From: Candidatus Alistipes stercorigallinarum
GTDB lineage: Bacteria > Bacteroidota > Bacteroidia > Bacteroidales > Rikenellaceae
DNA length: 64,000 bases
Assembly: GCA_019119475.1 (NCBI GenBank)
Contig: DWWY01000001.1
Span: 12,260-76,259 of the forward strand
Reading direction: 5' to 3'
The notes beneath the pieces were generated by a model. It did not search any database. It was not told the DNA's origin and worked only from the letters and a program-made list of their open reading frames with translations. Shown one piece after another: positions 16,803 through 26,281 of this stretch. Position 1 is the first letter of the stretch. Each line of letters begins with the position of its first letter. The position numbers and the translations under genes were made by a program.

Positions 16803-17789
16803 CTACGGCAGCCGCCGCAGCACGAAGGCGCCGAGCAGGAACTCGGTCAGGAGCAGCACGATGGCCGCCACGACCCACGGCACGAAGAGCTCGTGGTAGG
16901 TGACGTGCTCCGAAACCTCGACGCGGCTCTTCTCGAGCTGGTTGATTTCGTCGTAGATGGCCTTGAGCTTCGAGTTGTCGGTGGCGCGGAAGTAGCGTCC
17001 TCCCGTCTGCTCGGCAATCTGGGAGAGCATCTTCTCGTCGATTTCGACCTTCTGCTGGATAAAGGTCGTGTTGCCGAACATGTCGACGGCAGGGTAGGGG
17101 GCCATGCCGCGCGTGCCCACGCCGATGGTGTAGACGCGGATACCCTGTGCGCGGGCGATGGCAGCCGCCGTCAGGGGGGCAATCTCGCCGCTGTTGTTCA
17201 CGCCGTCGGTCAGCAGGATGATGACCTTCGACTTGGCCTCGCTTTCGCGCAGGCGGTTGATGGCCGTGGCCAGGCCGTTGCCGATGGCCGTTCCGTCCTC
17301 GATGATGCCGCTGCGGATGCGCGAGAGGAGCGTCTGGAGCGTGCTCTGGTCGGTGGTCAGGGGGCTCTGCGTGTAGGCTTCGCCGGCGAAGGCCACCAGA
17401 CCGATGCGGTCGCCGTAGCGGTCGGCGATGAAGGAGCCGGCCACCTCCTTGGCGGCGGTGATGCGGTCGGGCTTGAAGTCGCGGGCGAGCATCGAGCCCG
17501 AGACGTCGATGGCGAGCATGATGTCGATGCCTTCGGTCGAGCTGTGCGTGTTGCGTTCGATATCCTGCGGACGGGCGAGCGCAACGACGGCAAGCGCAAA
17601 GGCGGCGGCGCGCAGCACGAAGGGGAGGTGGCGCAGGTAGTAGCGCCAGGTCCTGGGGGCGCGGAGCACCCCCTCGACCGTCGAAATCTGGATGGCGGCA
17701 CCGCCCTGCAGCGTCCGCCAGACGTAGTAGGCCGTCATGGGGACGAGCAGCACGAGCAGCCAGAGCAAATGGGGTGTTGCGAAGTGCAT
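16803..17789 (-). CDS. batA: BatA-like VWA-domain membrane protein
   Basis: MHFATPHLLWLL, EGIDIMLAIDVSGSMLARDFKPDRI, GTAIGNGLATA, LLTDGVNNSG, GGRYFRATD. Confidence 0.92.
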   Translation of the reverse strand: MHFATPHLLWLLVLLVPMTAYYVWRTLQGGAAIQISTVEGVLRAPRTWRYYLRHLPFVLRAAAFALAVVALARPQDIERNTHSSTEGIDIMLAIDVSGSMLARDFKPDRITAAKEVAGSFIADRYGDRIGLVAFAGEAYTQSPLTTDQSTLQTLLSRIRSGIIEDGTAIGNGLATAINRLRESEAKSKVIILLTDGVNNSGEIAPLTAAAIARAQGIRVYTIGVGTRGMAPYPAVDMFGNTTFIQQKVEIDEKMLSQIAEQTGGRYFRATDNSKLKAIYDEINQLEKSRVEVSEHVTYHELFVPWVVAAIVLLLTEFLLGAFVLRRLP

Positions 17790-17861
17790 GTCGTATTCTT
17801 TAATATCGTTCGTCGGGCCGTGTGCCGGGAGGCTGCGGAAGAGTCGTTCCGGCGGGCCGCG

Positions 17862-18659
17862 TTACCAGTTCTTGCCGCTGCGGACCACCATGGCGCGCCG
17901 CTTCTCCTTGAGTTTCTCCTGCGTGCGGTCCTCCTGTGCCTGGATGGCGTCGAGCATCTGCTCCTGCTCCTGCTGCGAGAGTCCCTCGGGACGGGGCTGA
18001 CCCTCGCCTTCGCGCGGCTCGCCGTCCTCACGCCCGGGCTGACCCTGACCCTGCTGGTCCTGATTCTGATTCTGGTCCTGCTGGTCCTGACCCTGGTCCT
18101 TGTTCTGGTCCTGCTGGTCCTGGCCCTGCTGGTTCTGATTCTGGTTCTGGCCCTGCTGGTTCCGGTCGTTCTGTTGGTTCTGCTGGTTCTGGTCGTTGCC
18201 TCCGCCTCCGCCGTTCTTCTGCTCGTCGTCGAGCAGATGCTTGGTGTAGGCGTAGTTGTACTTGGCCTCGCGGTCGTCGGGGTTGAGCAGCAGCGAACGC
18301 TTGTAACTCTCGAGCGCCTCCTGATACTTCTTCTGACGGAACTGCGTGTTGCCCAGATTGTAGTACGCCTCGGCGCGGTCGCTGTCGCTGCGCAGCGTGT
18401 CGGCCGCCGCACGGCCCAGCATCTGCTCGGCCTTGTCGTACATTTCGGCCTTGCTCATGGCGTTGCCCATGTTGTAGGTGGCCTCGAACGACGTGGGGTC
18501 GAACATCAGCGCCCGGCCGTAACGTTCGATGCTCTGCTGATACTCGCCCTTGTTGTAGAGGCGGTTGCCCTTGCGCACCTCGCGCCGCTCGGGCATCTGC
18601 TGCGCCCGTGCGCCGACAACCGCGAAGAGCGCCAGCAGGAAAAATAGGTATCGCTGCAT
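17862..18659 (-). CDS. batC: BatC-like TPR protein with Gln/Asn-rich linker
   Basis: GNRLYNKGEYQQ, AYYNLGN, YKRSLLLNPDDREAKYNYAY, QN-rich tract, LDAIQAQE..TQEKL, terminal KNW. Confidence 0.85.
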   Translation of the reverse strand: MQRYLFFLLALFAVVGARAQQMPERREVRKGNRLYNKGEYQQSIERYGRALMFDPTSFEATYNMGNAMSKAEMYDKAEQMLGRAAADTLRSDSDRAEAYYNLGNTQFRQKKYQEALESYKRSLLLNPDDREAKYNYAYTKHLLDDEQKNGGGGGNDQNQQNQQNDRNQQGQNQNQNQQGQDQQDQNKDQGQDQQDQNQNQDQQGQGQPGREDGEPREGEGQPRPEGLSQQEQEQMLDAIQAQEDRTQEKLKEKRRAMVVRSGKNW

Positions 18660-18660
18660 G

Positions 18661-19641
18661 CTAATCCTCGATTTTGTACTCGGTATTGGGTTTCTGCCCT
18701 TCGGAGGGGTCGACCTCGGGTTTGGTCTCCTCGACGAAGTAGTAGCACTTCAGATAGTCGTTCTCGTTCTGCTCGGGGTCGGGCTCCGCCTTGGCGAACT
18801 TCACCAGGTCGGCGTCGCGCAGCAGCGAGCCGAGGTCCATGCGCGCCTTGTCGGGCAGTTCGATGCCGCGCATCGCCGCGATGATTTCGTCCGAGGTCAT
18901 CTCCAGTGCGCCGATGCCCCAGCGGCGGACGATGTAGTTGCGCAGGATGTCGCTCAGCGCCGAGTAGTAGGCCTTGTAGCGGCTGTTCTGCCACAGCTTC
19001 TGGTTGTGGAGCGTTTCGAGCGCCTTGATGGCCTCGACGTGGGGCGGCAGCGGGGGTGCGGGCTTGAAGAGCGAGCCGAGCCCCTTGCCTTTCTGGCGCA
19101 GATAGCGCACCACGCCGTAGAGCCCCACGAGCAGTATGGCCAGCAGGGCGAGGCCCCAGAGCACGTAGCTGCGGATTTCGGCGAAGCGGAACGGCAGCGT
19201 CTTCTGCATCTTGAGGTCGTAGATGGACTGCGACGTGGAGTCAATCTGGAAGGTGCCCACGCGCAGCAGCAGCGAGTCGGCCGTGTAGAGCGTGTCGATG
19301 ATGTTCTTGTCGGCATAGAGCACCTGTCCCGTGCCGAGGTTGAAGCGTCCCTCCTCGAAGGCGGCCATGCGGTAGCGCTTGCGCAGCTTCATGCTCCGGC
19401 CCTCGCGCTCGAGCGTGTCGACCGGAAGCGAGGCGACGAGTTCGAGCCCCTCGCCCGCGTTGCGGAATTCTGGGAACTCGACCACCTGCACCAGGTCCTT
19501 CTCCACCTCGATGACGTAGTCGAAGCGGTCGCCTATGAAGACGCTGTCGGGTTCGAGCCGCGCCGTGACGACGGGCCGCTCCTGGGCGCCGGCGGCAAAG
19601 GCTCCGGCCGTGAACAGCATCGTGGCTATGAGTCGTTTCAT
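18661..19641 (-). CDS. Bat-operon hypothetical membrane protein (BatD-like Ig domain, one TM, helical C-terminus)
   Basis: Signal peptide, DSVFIGDRF, PPHVEAIKALE, YYSALSDILRNYI, ADLVKFAK; ATGA overlap with the DUF58 gene. Confidence 0.75.
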   Translation of the reverse strand: MKRLIATMLFTAGAFAAGAQERPVVTARLEPDSVFIGDRFDYVIEVEKDLVQVVEFPEFRNAGEGLELVASLPVDTLEREGRSMKLRKRYRMAAFEEGRFNLGTGQVLYADKNIIDTLYTADSLLLRVGTFQIDSTSQSIYDLKMQKTLPFRFAEIRSYVLWGLALLAILLVGLYGVVRYLRQKGKGLGSLFKPAPPLPPHVEAIKALETLHNQKLWQNSRYKAYYSALSDILRNYIVRRWGIGALEMTSDEIIAAMRGIELPDKARMDLGSLLRDADLVKFAKAEPDPEQNENDYLKCYYFVEETKPEVDPSEGQKPNTEYKIED

Positions 19642-20522
19642 CGTTGTTTGAAGAGTTTAATGAGCTCGACCACGTAGTCTCCGTCGGTCGGCACGGTCGC
19701 CGTGTCGATGCGGTTGTGGCGGAGCATCGTCTCGATTTGCTCGCTGCGGCGGCGCCACGTCTCGGCGTAGTGGTCGCGCACGGCGCGCGACGAGGTGTCG
19801 GTCCACACCTTGCGGCCGCTCTCGGCATCGCGCAGCTCGATGATGCCCACGTCGGGGAGCTCCGCCTCGCGGGGGTCGTAGACGCGGATGCCCACCAGGT
19901 CGTGCTTTCCGCCGGCAATCTTGAGGGCGTCTTCGAGCGCCTCGCCGTCGGACGAGGTGTCGAGGAAGTCCGAGAGGATGAAGGTCGTGCAGTGCTTCTT
20001 GTTGACGTTGGTCAGGAAGCGCAGCGGTTCGGAGAGCTTCGTGCCCGTACCCTGGGGGCGGAAGCCGACCAGTTCGCGGATAATCATGAGGATGTGGCTG
20101 CGCCCCTTCTTCGGGGGGATGAACTTCTCGAGGCGGTCCGAGAAGAAGATGCAGCCCACCTTGTCGTTGTTCTGGGCGGCCGAGAAGGCCAGCACGGCGG
20201 CAATTTCCGTGATGACGTTCTTCTTGAGCCGGTCGGTCGAGCCGAACATCCGCGAGGCCGAGACGTCGACGATGAGCATCATCGTCAGCTCGCGCTCCTC
20301 CTCGTAGACCTTGATGTGGGGCTTCGACGAGCGTGCCGTGACGTTCCAGTCGATGTCGCGCACGTCGTCGCCGGCGCGGTACTCCCTCACCTCGGAAAAC
20401 GACATGCCGCGTCCCCGGAAGGCCGTGTGGTACTTTCCGGCGAAAATCTCGTTCGAAAGACCGCGGGTCTTGATTTCGATTTTGCGGACGCGTCTGAGAA
20501 TATCGTTCTCGCTCTGTTCCAT
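19638..20522 (-). CDS. DUF58-domain protein
   Basis: FRGRGMSFSEVREYRAGDDVRDIDWNVTAR, EERELT, VDVSASRMFG. Confidence 0.92.
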   Translation of the reverse strand: MEQSENDILRRVRKIEIKTRGLSNEIFAGKYHTAFRGRGMSFSEVREYRAGDDVRDIDWNVTARSSKPHIKVYEEERELTMMLIVDVSASRMFGSTDRLKKNVITEIAAVLAFSAAQNNDKVGCIFFSDRLEKFIPPKKGRSHILMIIRELVGFRPQGTGTKLSEPLRFLTNVNKKHCTTFILSDFLDTSSDGEALEDALKIAGGKHDLVGIRVYDPREAELPDVGIIELRDAESGRKVWTDTSSRAVRDHYAETWRRRSEQIETMLRHNRIDTATVPTDGDYVVELIKLFKQR

Positions 20523-20535
20523 GCTCGGCGGAGGG

Positions 20536-21534
20536 TTAAGGTACGATGACGTTGTTGAGGATGTCGGTGATGATTTCCTCGGTGGTGATGTTCTCGGCCT
20601 CGGCCTCGTAGGTGAGCCCGATGCGGTGGCGCAGCACGTCGTGGCATACGGCGCGCACGTCCTCGGGAATCACATATCCGCGGCGGCGGATGAAGGCGTA
20701 GGCGCGTGCGGCCTTGGCCAGCGAGATGGAGGCACGGGGCGAACCGCCGTAGGCAATCAGGTTCTGGAGCTTCTGGAGGTTGTACTCGGCCGGTTCGCGC
20801 GTGGCGAAGATGATGTCGACGATGTACTTCTCGATTTTCTCATCCATGTAGACGTCCTCGACCACCCGGCGGGCCTTGACGATGTCCTCGGGCGAGATGA
20901 CCTTGTTGACCACGGGCATGCCGGCGCCCGAGAGGTTCATGCGGACGATGTCGCGCTCCTCCTGCTTCTTGGGGTAGGAGATGCGGACCTTGAGCATGAA
21001 ACGGTCGACCTGGGCCTCGGGCAGCGGATAGGTTCCCTCCTGCTCCAGCGGGTTCTGCGTGGCGAGCACCAGGAAGGGCTGCGGCAGCGCATAGGTCTCC
21101 TCGCCGATGGTCACCTGACGCTCCTGCATCGCCTCGAGCAGCGCCGACTGCACCTTGGCCGGCGAACGGTTAATCTCGTCGGCCAGCACGAAGTTGGCGA
21201 AGACGGGGCCCTTCTTGACGATGAAATCCTCGCTCTTCTGCGAATAGATGAGCGTACCGATGAGGTCGGCGGGCAGCAGGTCGGGGGTGAACTGGATGCG
21301 GGAGAACTGGGCGTCGACGGCCTTGGCCAGCGTGGTGATGGCCAGCGTCTTGGCCAGTCCCGGCACACCTTCGAGCAGGATGTGGCCGTTGGAGAGCAGG
21401 CCGATGAGCAGCGTGTCGACCAGATGGCTCTGGCCCACGATGACCTTGCCCATTTCGTTGCGGAGCGTATCGACGAAGACCGATTCGCGTTCGATGCGCT
21501 CGTTGAGTTCCTTGATATTGATGACTTCGCTCAT
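20536..21534 (-). CDS. moxR: MoxR-family AAA+ ATPase
   Basis: Walker A GVPGLAKT, RIQFTPDLLPAD, DEINRSPAKVQSALLEAMQE, YPLPEAQVDRF. Confidence 0.96.
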   Translation of the reverse strand: MSEVINIKELNERIERESVFVDTLRNEMGKVIVGQSHLVDTLLIGLLSNGHILLEGVPGLAKTLAITTLAKAVDAQFSRIQFTPDLLPADLIGTLIYSQKSEDFIVKKGPVFANFVLADEINRSPAKVQSALLEAMQERQVTIGEETYALPQPFLVLATQNPLEQEGTYPLPEAQVDRFMLKVRISYPKKQEERDIVRMNLSGAGMPVVNKVISPEDIVKARRVVEDVYMDEKIEKYIVDIIFATREPAEYNLQKLQNLIAYGGSPRASISLAKAARAYAFIRRRGYVIPEDVRAVCHDVLRHRIGLTYEAEAENITTEEIITDILNNVIVP

Positions 21535-21592
21535 TTGAGGTATTTATATATAAGTAAATTCCGGTTCGTTCAGTTAGGTAACGACAGCCCTG

Positions 21593-21717
21593 CAAAATTA
21601 TTGCAAAATTACGAAAAAAAGCACAATCCGCCGATGCGATGCGTCGCGACGGGCCCCGCGGCGGGAAAATTCGTGGAAAAATCAGCCTGCCGGATTCCGA
21701 ATTTGTTCGTACCTTTG
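21593..21717. promoter_or_regulatory. Divergent promoter region: two -7 boxes on - (21593-21600, 21604-21611) for moxR and one on + (21710-21717) for uvrD
   Basis: CAAAATTA twice (TAATTTTG on -) and TACCTTTG on +. Confidence 0.7.
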
Positions 21718-21738
21718 TCCTTCCAAGATTACGCAACG

Positions 21739-24375
21739 ATGGAATCTCCGCAATCACCCATACTCGAGGGGCTCAACCCCGCCCAACTCGCCGCCGTGGT
21801 CAACTACGACTCGCCCTCGCTCATCATCGCCGGGGCGGGCTCGGGCAAGACCCGCGTGCTGACCGCCCGCATCGCCTACATGATTGAACAGGGCGTCAAG
21901 CCGTGGAACATCCTGGCGCTCACCTTCACCAACAAGGCCGCCGAGCAGATGCGCGACCGCATCGCGCGCATGGTGCCGGGCGAGCGCTCGCGCTACATCC
22001 GCATGGGCACCTTCCACTCGGTCTTTTCGCGCATCCTGCGCGAGAATGCCGGGCGCATCGGCTTCACCGAGTCGTTCACCATCTACGACACGTCGGACAG
22101 CCGCAACCTGCTGAAGACCATCGTCCGCGAGCTCAACCTCCCCGACGAGCGCTACAAGCCCGCCGCGGTGGCTTCGCGCATCTCGCTGGCCAAGAACAAG
22201 CTCATCACCCCGGGGGCCTATCTGGCCAACGCCTCCTATGCCGCCGAGGACCGTCAGGCGCAGATGCCCGAGTTCGGCAACATCTACAACCTCTACTGCC
22301 AGCGCTGCAAGCACAACGGCGCGATGGACTTCGACGACCTGCTGCTGCAGACCAACATCCTGCTGCGCGACTGCCCCGACGTGCTGGCGCGCTACCAGGA
22401 GCTCTTCCAGTACATCCTGGTCGACGAGTACCAGGACACCAACTACGCGCAGTATGTCATCATCCGCCGCCTCTCGCAGCACCACTCGAAGGTCTGCGTC
22501 GTGGGCGACGACGCGCAGTCCATCTACTCGTTCCGCGGCGCCAAAATCGAGAACATCCTCTCGTTCCGCAACGACTATCCCACGGCACAGGTCTTCAAGC
22601 TCGAGCAGAACTACCGCTCGACGCGCACCATCGTCGATGCGGCCAACTCGGTCATCGTCCACAACGCCAAGCGCATGGAGAAGCACTGCTTCTCGGCGGG
22701 CGACGAGGGGGAGAAAATCCGCATCCTGAAGGCCTATACCGACCGTGAGGAGGCCGAGATGGTGGTCTCCGAACTGCGTGACCGCATCCGCCGCACGGGC
22801 GACGACTGGTCCGAGGCGGTCATCCTCTACCGTACGAACAACCAGTCGGCCGTACTGGAGGACAACCTCCGCCGCCGGGGCATTCCCTACCGCATCTACA
22901 AGGGCTCGTCGTTCTACGACCACAAGGAGGTGAAGGACCTGATGGCCTACATCCGTCTGGTCATCAATCCGCGCGACGACGAGGCCTTCCGCCGCATCGT
23001 CAACTATCCGGCGCGCGGCATCGGCGACGCGACCGTGCAGCGCATCGCCGAGCTGGCCTCGGCGCGGGGCGTCTCGATGTGGGAGGCGGTCGACACGCTG
23101 GTGGCCGAACCGGCCCCCGACCCCGTCGCGCGGACCGTCGCACGCAAGGTGCGCGAATTCGTCGAGCTCATCCACAGCCTCTCGCTCGCGCGTACGGGGC
23201 GGAGCCTCTACGACTTCGGTCTGGAGGTGGCCACGCGTTCGGGCATCATCGCCCTCTACCGTGCCGAGTCCTCGCCCGAGGCCACCTCGGCGCTGGGCAA
23301 TATCGAGGAGCTGCTCAACTCGATGCAGGAGTTCAAGGAGCGGTGCGACGCCGAAATCCGCAACGGCGAGCGGCAGCCCGACGAGGAGGCCACCGTCGAG
23401 GAGTGGCTTCAGGGCATGATGCTCATGTCGGACATGGACAAGGAGGACCCCGAGAGCAGCAACAAGGTGACCCTCATGACGGTCCACTCGGCCAAGGGAC
23501 TCGAATACAAGTACGTCTACATCGTGGGCATGGAGGAGAACCTCTTCCCCTCGCAGCGGGCCTCCGAATCGCCCGACGGCGTGGAGGAGGAACGCCGCCT
23601 CTTCTACGTGGCCCTTACGCGCGCCAAGGTGGCCGCCACCATCTCCTATGCCGAGATGCGTTTCCGCTGGGGCAACATGGAGTTCTCGCGGCCGAGCTGC
23701 TTCCTGCGCGAAATCGACCCGCGTTACGTCGAGACCGACGTCGACCTGGGGGCCTCGCGCGAAAGGCGCCCCGAGGGCGAGGGCTCGTCGGCCATCGACG
23801 AGCTGCGCCGCCGCTTCGACTACCGCTTCCAGCAGCGTTCGCGCGACGGCGAGCCTTCTGCGGGAGTTGCGCGGGGCGGCTATCGCCCGGCACAGGGCTC
23901 GTCGGGCGGCTACGGGGGCGGCCAGGCATCGGGCAGCCGCGGTTACGGAGCCTACGGCTCTTCGGGCAGCGGCAGCCATGGCGGCGGCAGCGGCTATGGC
24001 GGCTCGGGTGCCGCACGTCAGTTCCAGCGCGCCCAGCCGGCACGTCCGTCGGGCAGGCCCGACCCCGAACTGGTGCGCTCTGCCTCGCCGCGCCCCTCGA
24101 CCGAGGGGATGCGCCGTCTGGGTGTGCGTCCCGCCGGCGGAGGAGCCTCGGCGGCTCCGGGCTCCGTGCCGTCGCCCTCGGCGCCGACTCCGGGGGCGGG
24201 AAGCGCCGCTTCATGCGACTATGCGGTGGGGGAGCGCGTCGAGCATGCCAAGTTCGGCCGCGGCGTGGTCCGCGAGGTCGATACCTCGGGCCCCGATGCA
24301 CGGCTGGTGGTCGAATTCGAGACCGAGGGGCGGCGTACGCTTCTGCTCCGCTTTGCCAAGCTCAGGCGGCTCTGA
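21739..24375 (+). CDS. uvrD: UvrD/PcrA superfamily 1 helicase
   Basis: AGAGSGKTRVL, LVDEYQDTN, VGDDAQSIYSFRGA, LEQNYRST, TVHSAKGLE, EERRLFYVALTRA and a C-terminal Tudor-like VGERVEHAKFGRG. True start ATG 21739; the track extends it from 20311. Confidence 0.96.
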   Translation: MESPQSPILEGLNPAQLAAVVNYDSPSLIIAGAGSGKTRVLTARIAYMIEQGVKPWNILALTFTNKAAEQMRDRIARMVPGERSRYIRMGTFHSVFSRILRENAGRIGFTESFTIYDTSDSRNLLKTIVRELNLPDERYKPAAVASRISLAKNKLITPGAYLANASYAAEDRQAQMPEFGNIYNLYCQRCKHNGAMDFDDLLLQTNILLRDCPDVLARYQELFQYILVDEYQDTNYAQYVIIRRLSQHHSKVCVVGDDAQSIYSFRGAKIENILSFRNDYPTAQVFKLEQNYRSTRTIVDAANSVIVHNAKRMEKHCFSAGDEGEKIRILKAYTDREEAEMVVSELRDRIRRTGDDWSEAVILYRTNNQSAVLEDNLRRRGIPYRIYKGSSFYDHKEVKDLMAYIRLVINPRDDEAFRRIVNYPARGIGDATVQRIAELASARGVSMWEAVDTLVAEPAPDPVARTVARKVREFVELIHSLSLARTGRSLYDFGLEVATRSGIIALYRAESSPEATSALGNIEELLNSMQEFKERCDAEIRNGERQPDEEATVEEWLQGMMLMSDMDKEDPESSNKVTLMTVHSAKGLEYKYVYIVGMEENLFPSQRASESPDGVEEERRLFYVALTRAKVAATISYAEMRFRWGNMEFSRPSCFLREIDPRYVETDVDLGASRERRPEGEGSSAIDELRRRFDYRFQQRSRDGEPSAGVARGGYRPAQGSSGGYGGGQASGSRGYGAYGSSGSGSHGGGSGYGGSGAARQFQRAQPARPSGRPDPELVRSASPRPSTEGMRRLGVRPAGGGASAAPGSVPSPSAPTPGAGSAASCDYAVGERVEHAKFGRGVVREVDTSGPDARLVVEFETEGRRTLLLRFAKLRRL

Positions 24376-24460
24376 GTCCCGCGTCCGGAGGCCGGACCGT
24401 CCCCGCGTCGGGGCTGCCGGGGCCGTCCGGAGCTGAAAACGAAAGCAATTTACCGAGAAG

Positions 24461-25399
24461 ATGAATACCACTCCGCTCGTTTCGGTCTGCATGACCACCT
24501 ACAACCACGCCCCCTACATCGCCCGGGCCATCGAGAGCGTGCTTGCGCAACGTACCTCCTTCGCCGTCGAACTGCTTCTGGGCGAGGACTGCAGCAGCGA
24601 TTCGACGCCCGACATCTGCCGCTCCTATGCCGAGCGCTATCCCGACCGCATCCGCCTGGTGACCTCGGAGCACAACGTCGGCATGCGGGCTAACTACCGC
24701 CGCACCATCGAGGCGTGCCGCGGCCGCTACGTCGCCATCTGCGACGGCGACGACTGGTGGTGCGACCCCGACAAGCTCGAGCGGCAGGTGGCGATGCTCG
24801 AGGCCGACCCCTCGCTCGGACTCTGCTATACGCGTTCGCTGCGCCTCTTCGAGGAGACGGGCAGCGAGCGCCACTACCCCGATGCGATGTTCACCGACTT
24901 CGACCGCCTGCTCTTCAACAACACGGTCGAGAACTGCACGGCCGTCGCCCGGCGCGACCTCATCCTGCGCTACTACGCCGAGGTGCGCCCCGAGGAGCAT
25001 CCCGAATGGCTCACCGACGACGCCCCGATGTGGCTCTGGTTTGCCGCCGAGTCGCGCATCGCATGGCTCGACGCCGAGACGGCCGTCCACCGCATGCTGC
25101 CCCAAAGCGTGAGCCAGAGCGGCCTCTACCGCAAGCGCATCGCCTTCTGCGACTCGCTCATGGACACGAGCCTCTGGTTCGATGCCCGCTACGGCACGGG
25201 GCGCCACCGCTACCGGCTCCTCTGCCGGCGCAGCGACGTGGCGCTCTGGGTGCTCTCCTACCACGGCCCGGTGAGCGAGTATCTGGCCCGCTGGTGGCGC
25301 GACGTGCGCCGCACGCCGCGGCTGGCCCTCCGCCCCGTGGGCTACGGACTGTTGCTCAAGAAGGTTCTTCTGCGCCGCAACTCCTCCGAAAACCGATAG
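24461..25399 (+). CDS. GT2 glycosyltransferase
   Basis: PLVSVCMTTYNH, EDCSSD, intact DGDD motif, KLERQV. Confidence 0.9.
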   Translation: MNTTPLVSVCMTTYNHAPYIARAIESVLAQRTSFAVELLLGEDCSSDSTPDICRSYAERYPDRIRLVTSEHNVGMRANYRRTIEACRGRYVAICDGDDWWCDPDKLERQVAMLEADPSLGLCYTRSLRLFEETGSERHYPDAMFTDFDRLLFNNTVENCTAVARRDLILRYYAEVRPEEHPEWLTDDAPMWLWFAAESRIAWLDAETAVHRMLPQSVSQSGLYRKRIAFCDSLMDTSLWFDARYGTGRHRYRLLCRRSDVALWVLSYHGPVSEYLARWWRDVRRTPRLALRPVGYGLLLKKVLLRRNSSENR

Positions 25400-25471
25400 C
25401 AACTCTCGTGTCCGGCGGGCTTCGGCCCGGCCGCTCCCGGCGGACACGCAACTCAAAAAAACTTCCCGACA

Positions 25472-26203
25472 ATGACCCTCCGCCAACGTTACGACGGCGT
25501 AATCGCCTGGTTCTCGGAACACATGCCCGTGGCCGAGAGCGAACTTCGCTACGAAAACCCCTTCCAGCTGCTCGTTGCGGTGATTCTCTCGGCACAGTGC
25601 ACCGACAAGCGGGTCAACATGACCACGCCGGCCCTCTTCGCCGCCTTCCCGACACCCGAGGCGATGGCCGCCGCCACGGCCGAGGAGATTTTCCCCTACA
25701 TCCGGAGCATCTCCTACCCCAACAACAAGGCGAAGAACCTCGCCGGCATGGCCCGCATGCTCTGCGCGGAGTTCGGCGGCGAGGTGCCCACCGACCTCGA
25801 GGCGATGCAGCGGCTGCCGGGCGTGGGGCGCAAGACGGCCAACGTGCTGGGCGCGGTGCTCTGGCAGCGCGAGGTGATGCCCGTCGACACGCACGTCTTC
25901 CGCGTCTCGGAGCGCATCGGGCTGACGACCGGCTCGAAGACGCCGCTGCAGACCGAGCGGACGCTCGAGCGGAACATCCCCTCGCACCTGCTCCCCATCG
26001 CCCACCACTGGCTGATTCTCCACGGACGCTACGTCTGCACGGCCCGCTCGCCCCGCTGCGACGCGTGCGGCATCGCCCCCTGGTGCCGCAAGGCAGCCGC
26101 CGACCGCCGCGCCGAGGCCCGCGAAGCGGCCGCCGGAGCGCCGGCCAAGGCAACCGCCGCCCGAACGCGCAAAACGGCTGCCGGGACCGGTAAAACCGGT
26201 TGA
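25472..26203 (+). CDS. nth: Endonuclease III
   Basis: LLVAVILSAQCTD, HhH LPGVGRKTANV, VDTHVFRV, Fe-S motif C-X6-C-X2-C-X5-C. Confidence 0.96.
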   Translation: MTLRQRYDGVIAWFSEHMPVAESELRYENPFQLLVAVILSAQCTDKRVNMTTPALFAAFPTPEAMAAATAEEIFPYIRSISYPNNKAKNLAGMARMLCAEFGGEVPTDLEAMQRLPGVGRKTANVLGAVLWQREVMPVDTHVFRVSERIGLTTGSKTPLQTERTLERNIPSHLLPIAHHWLILHGRYVCTARSPRCDACGIAPWCRKAAADRRAEAREAAAGAPAKATAARTRKTAAGTGKTG

Positions 26204-26281
26204 AACGACAACCGCCGGAGGTATTCCGACGCTCCGGCTCCTTCTTGAGACACCGCTTCCTGAACAAACACGATACCGACC

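Noticed and set aside
17990-18210. Gln/Asn codon repeats in batC
   Set aside because: A Q/N-rich linker is a normal feature of BatC-type proteins.
20311-21738. 1354-aa UvrD fusion suggested by the track
   Set aside because: The extension is antisense to moxR and the DUF58 gene; a -7 box at 21710 supports the start at 21739.
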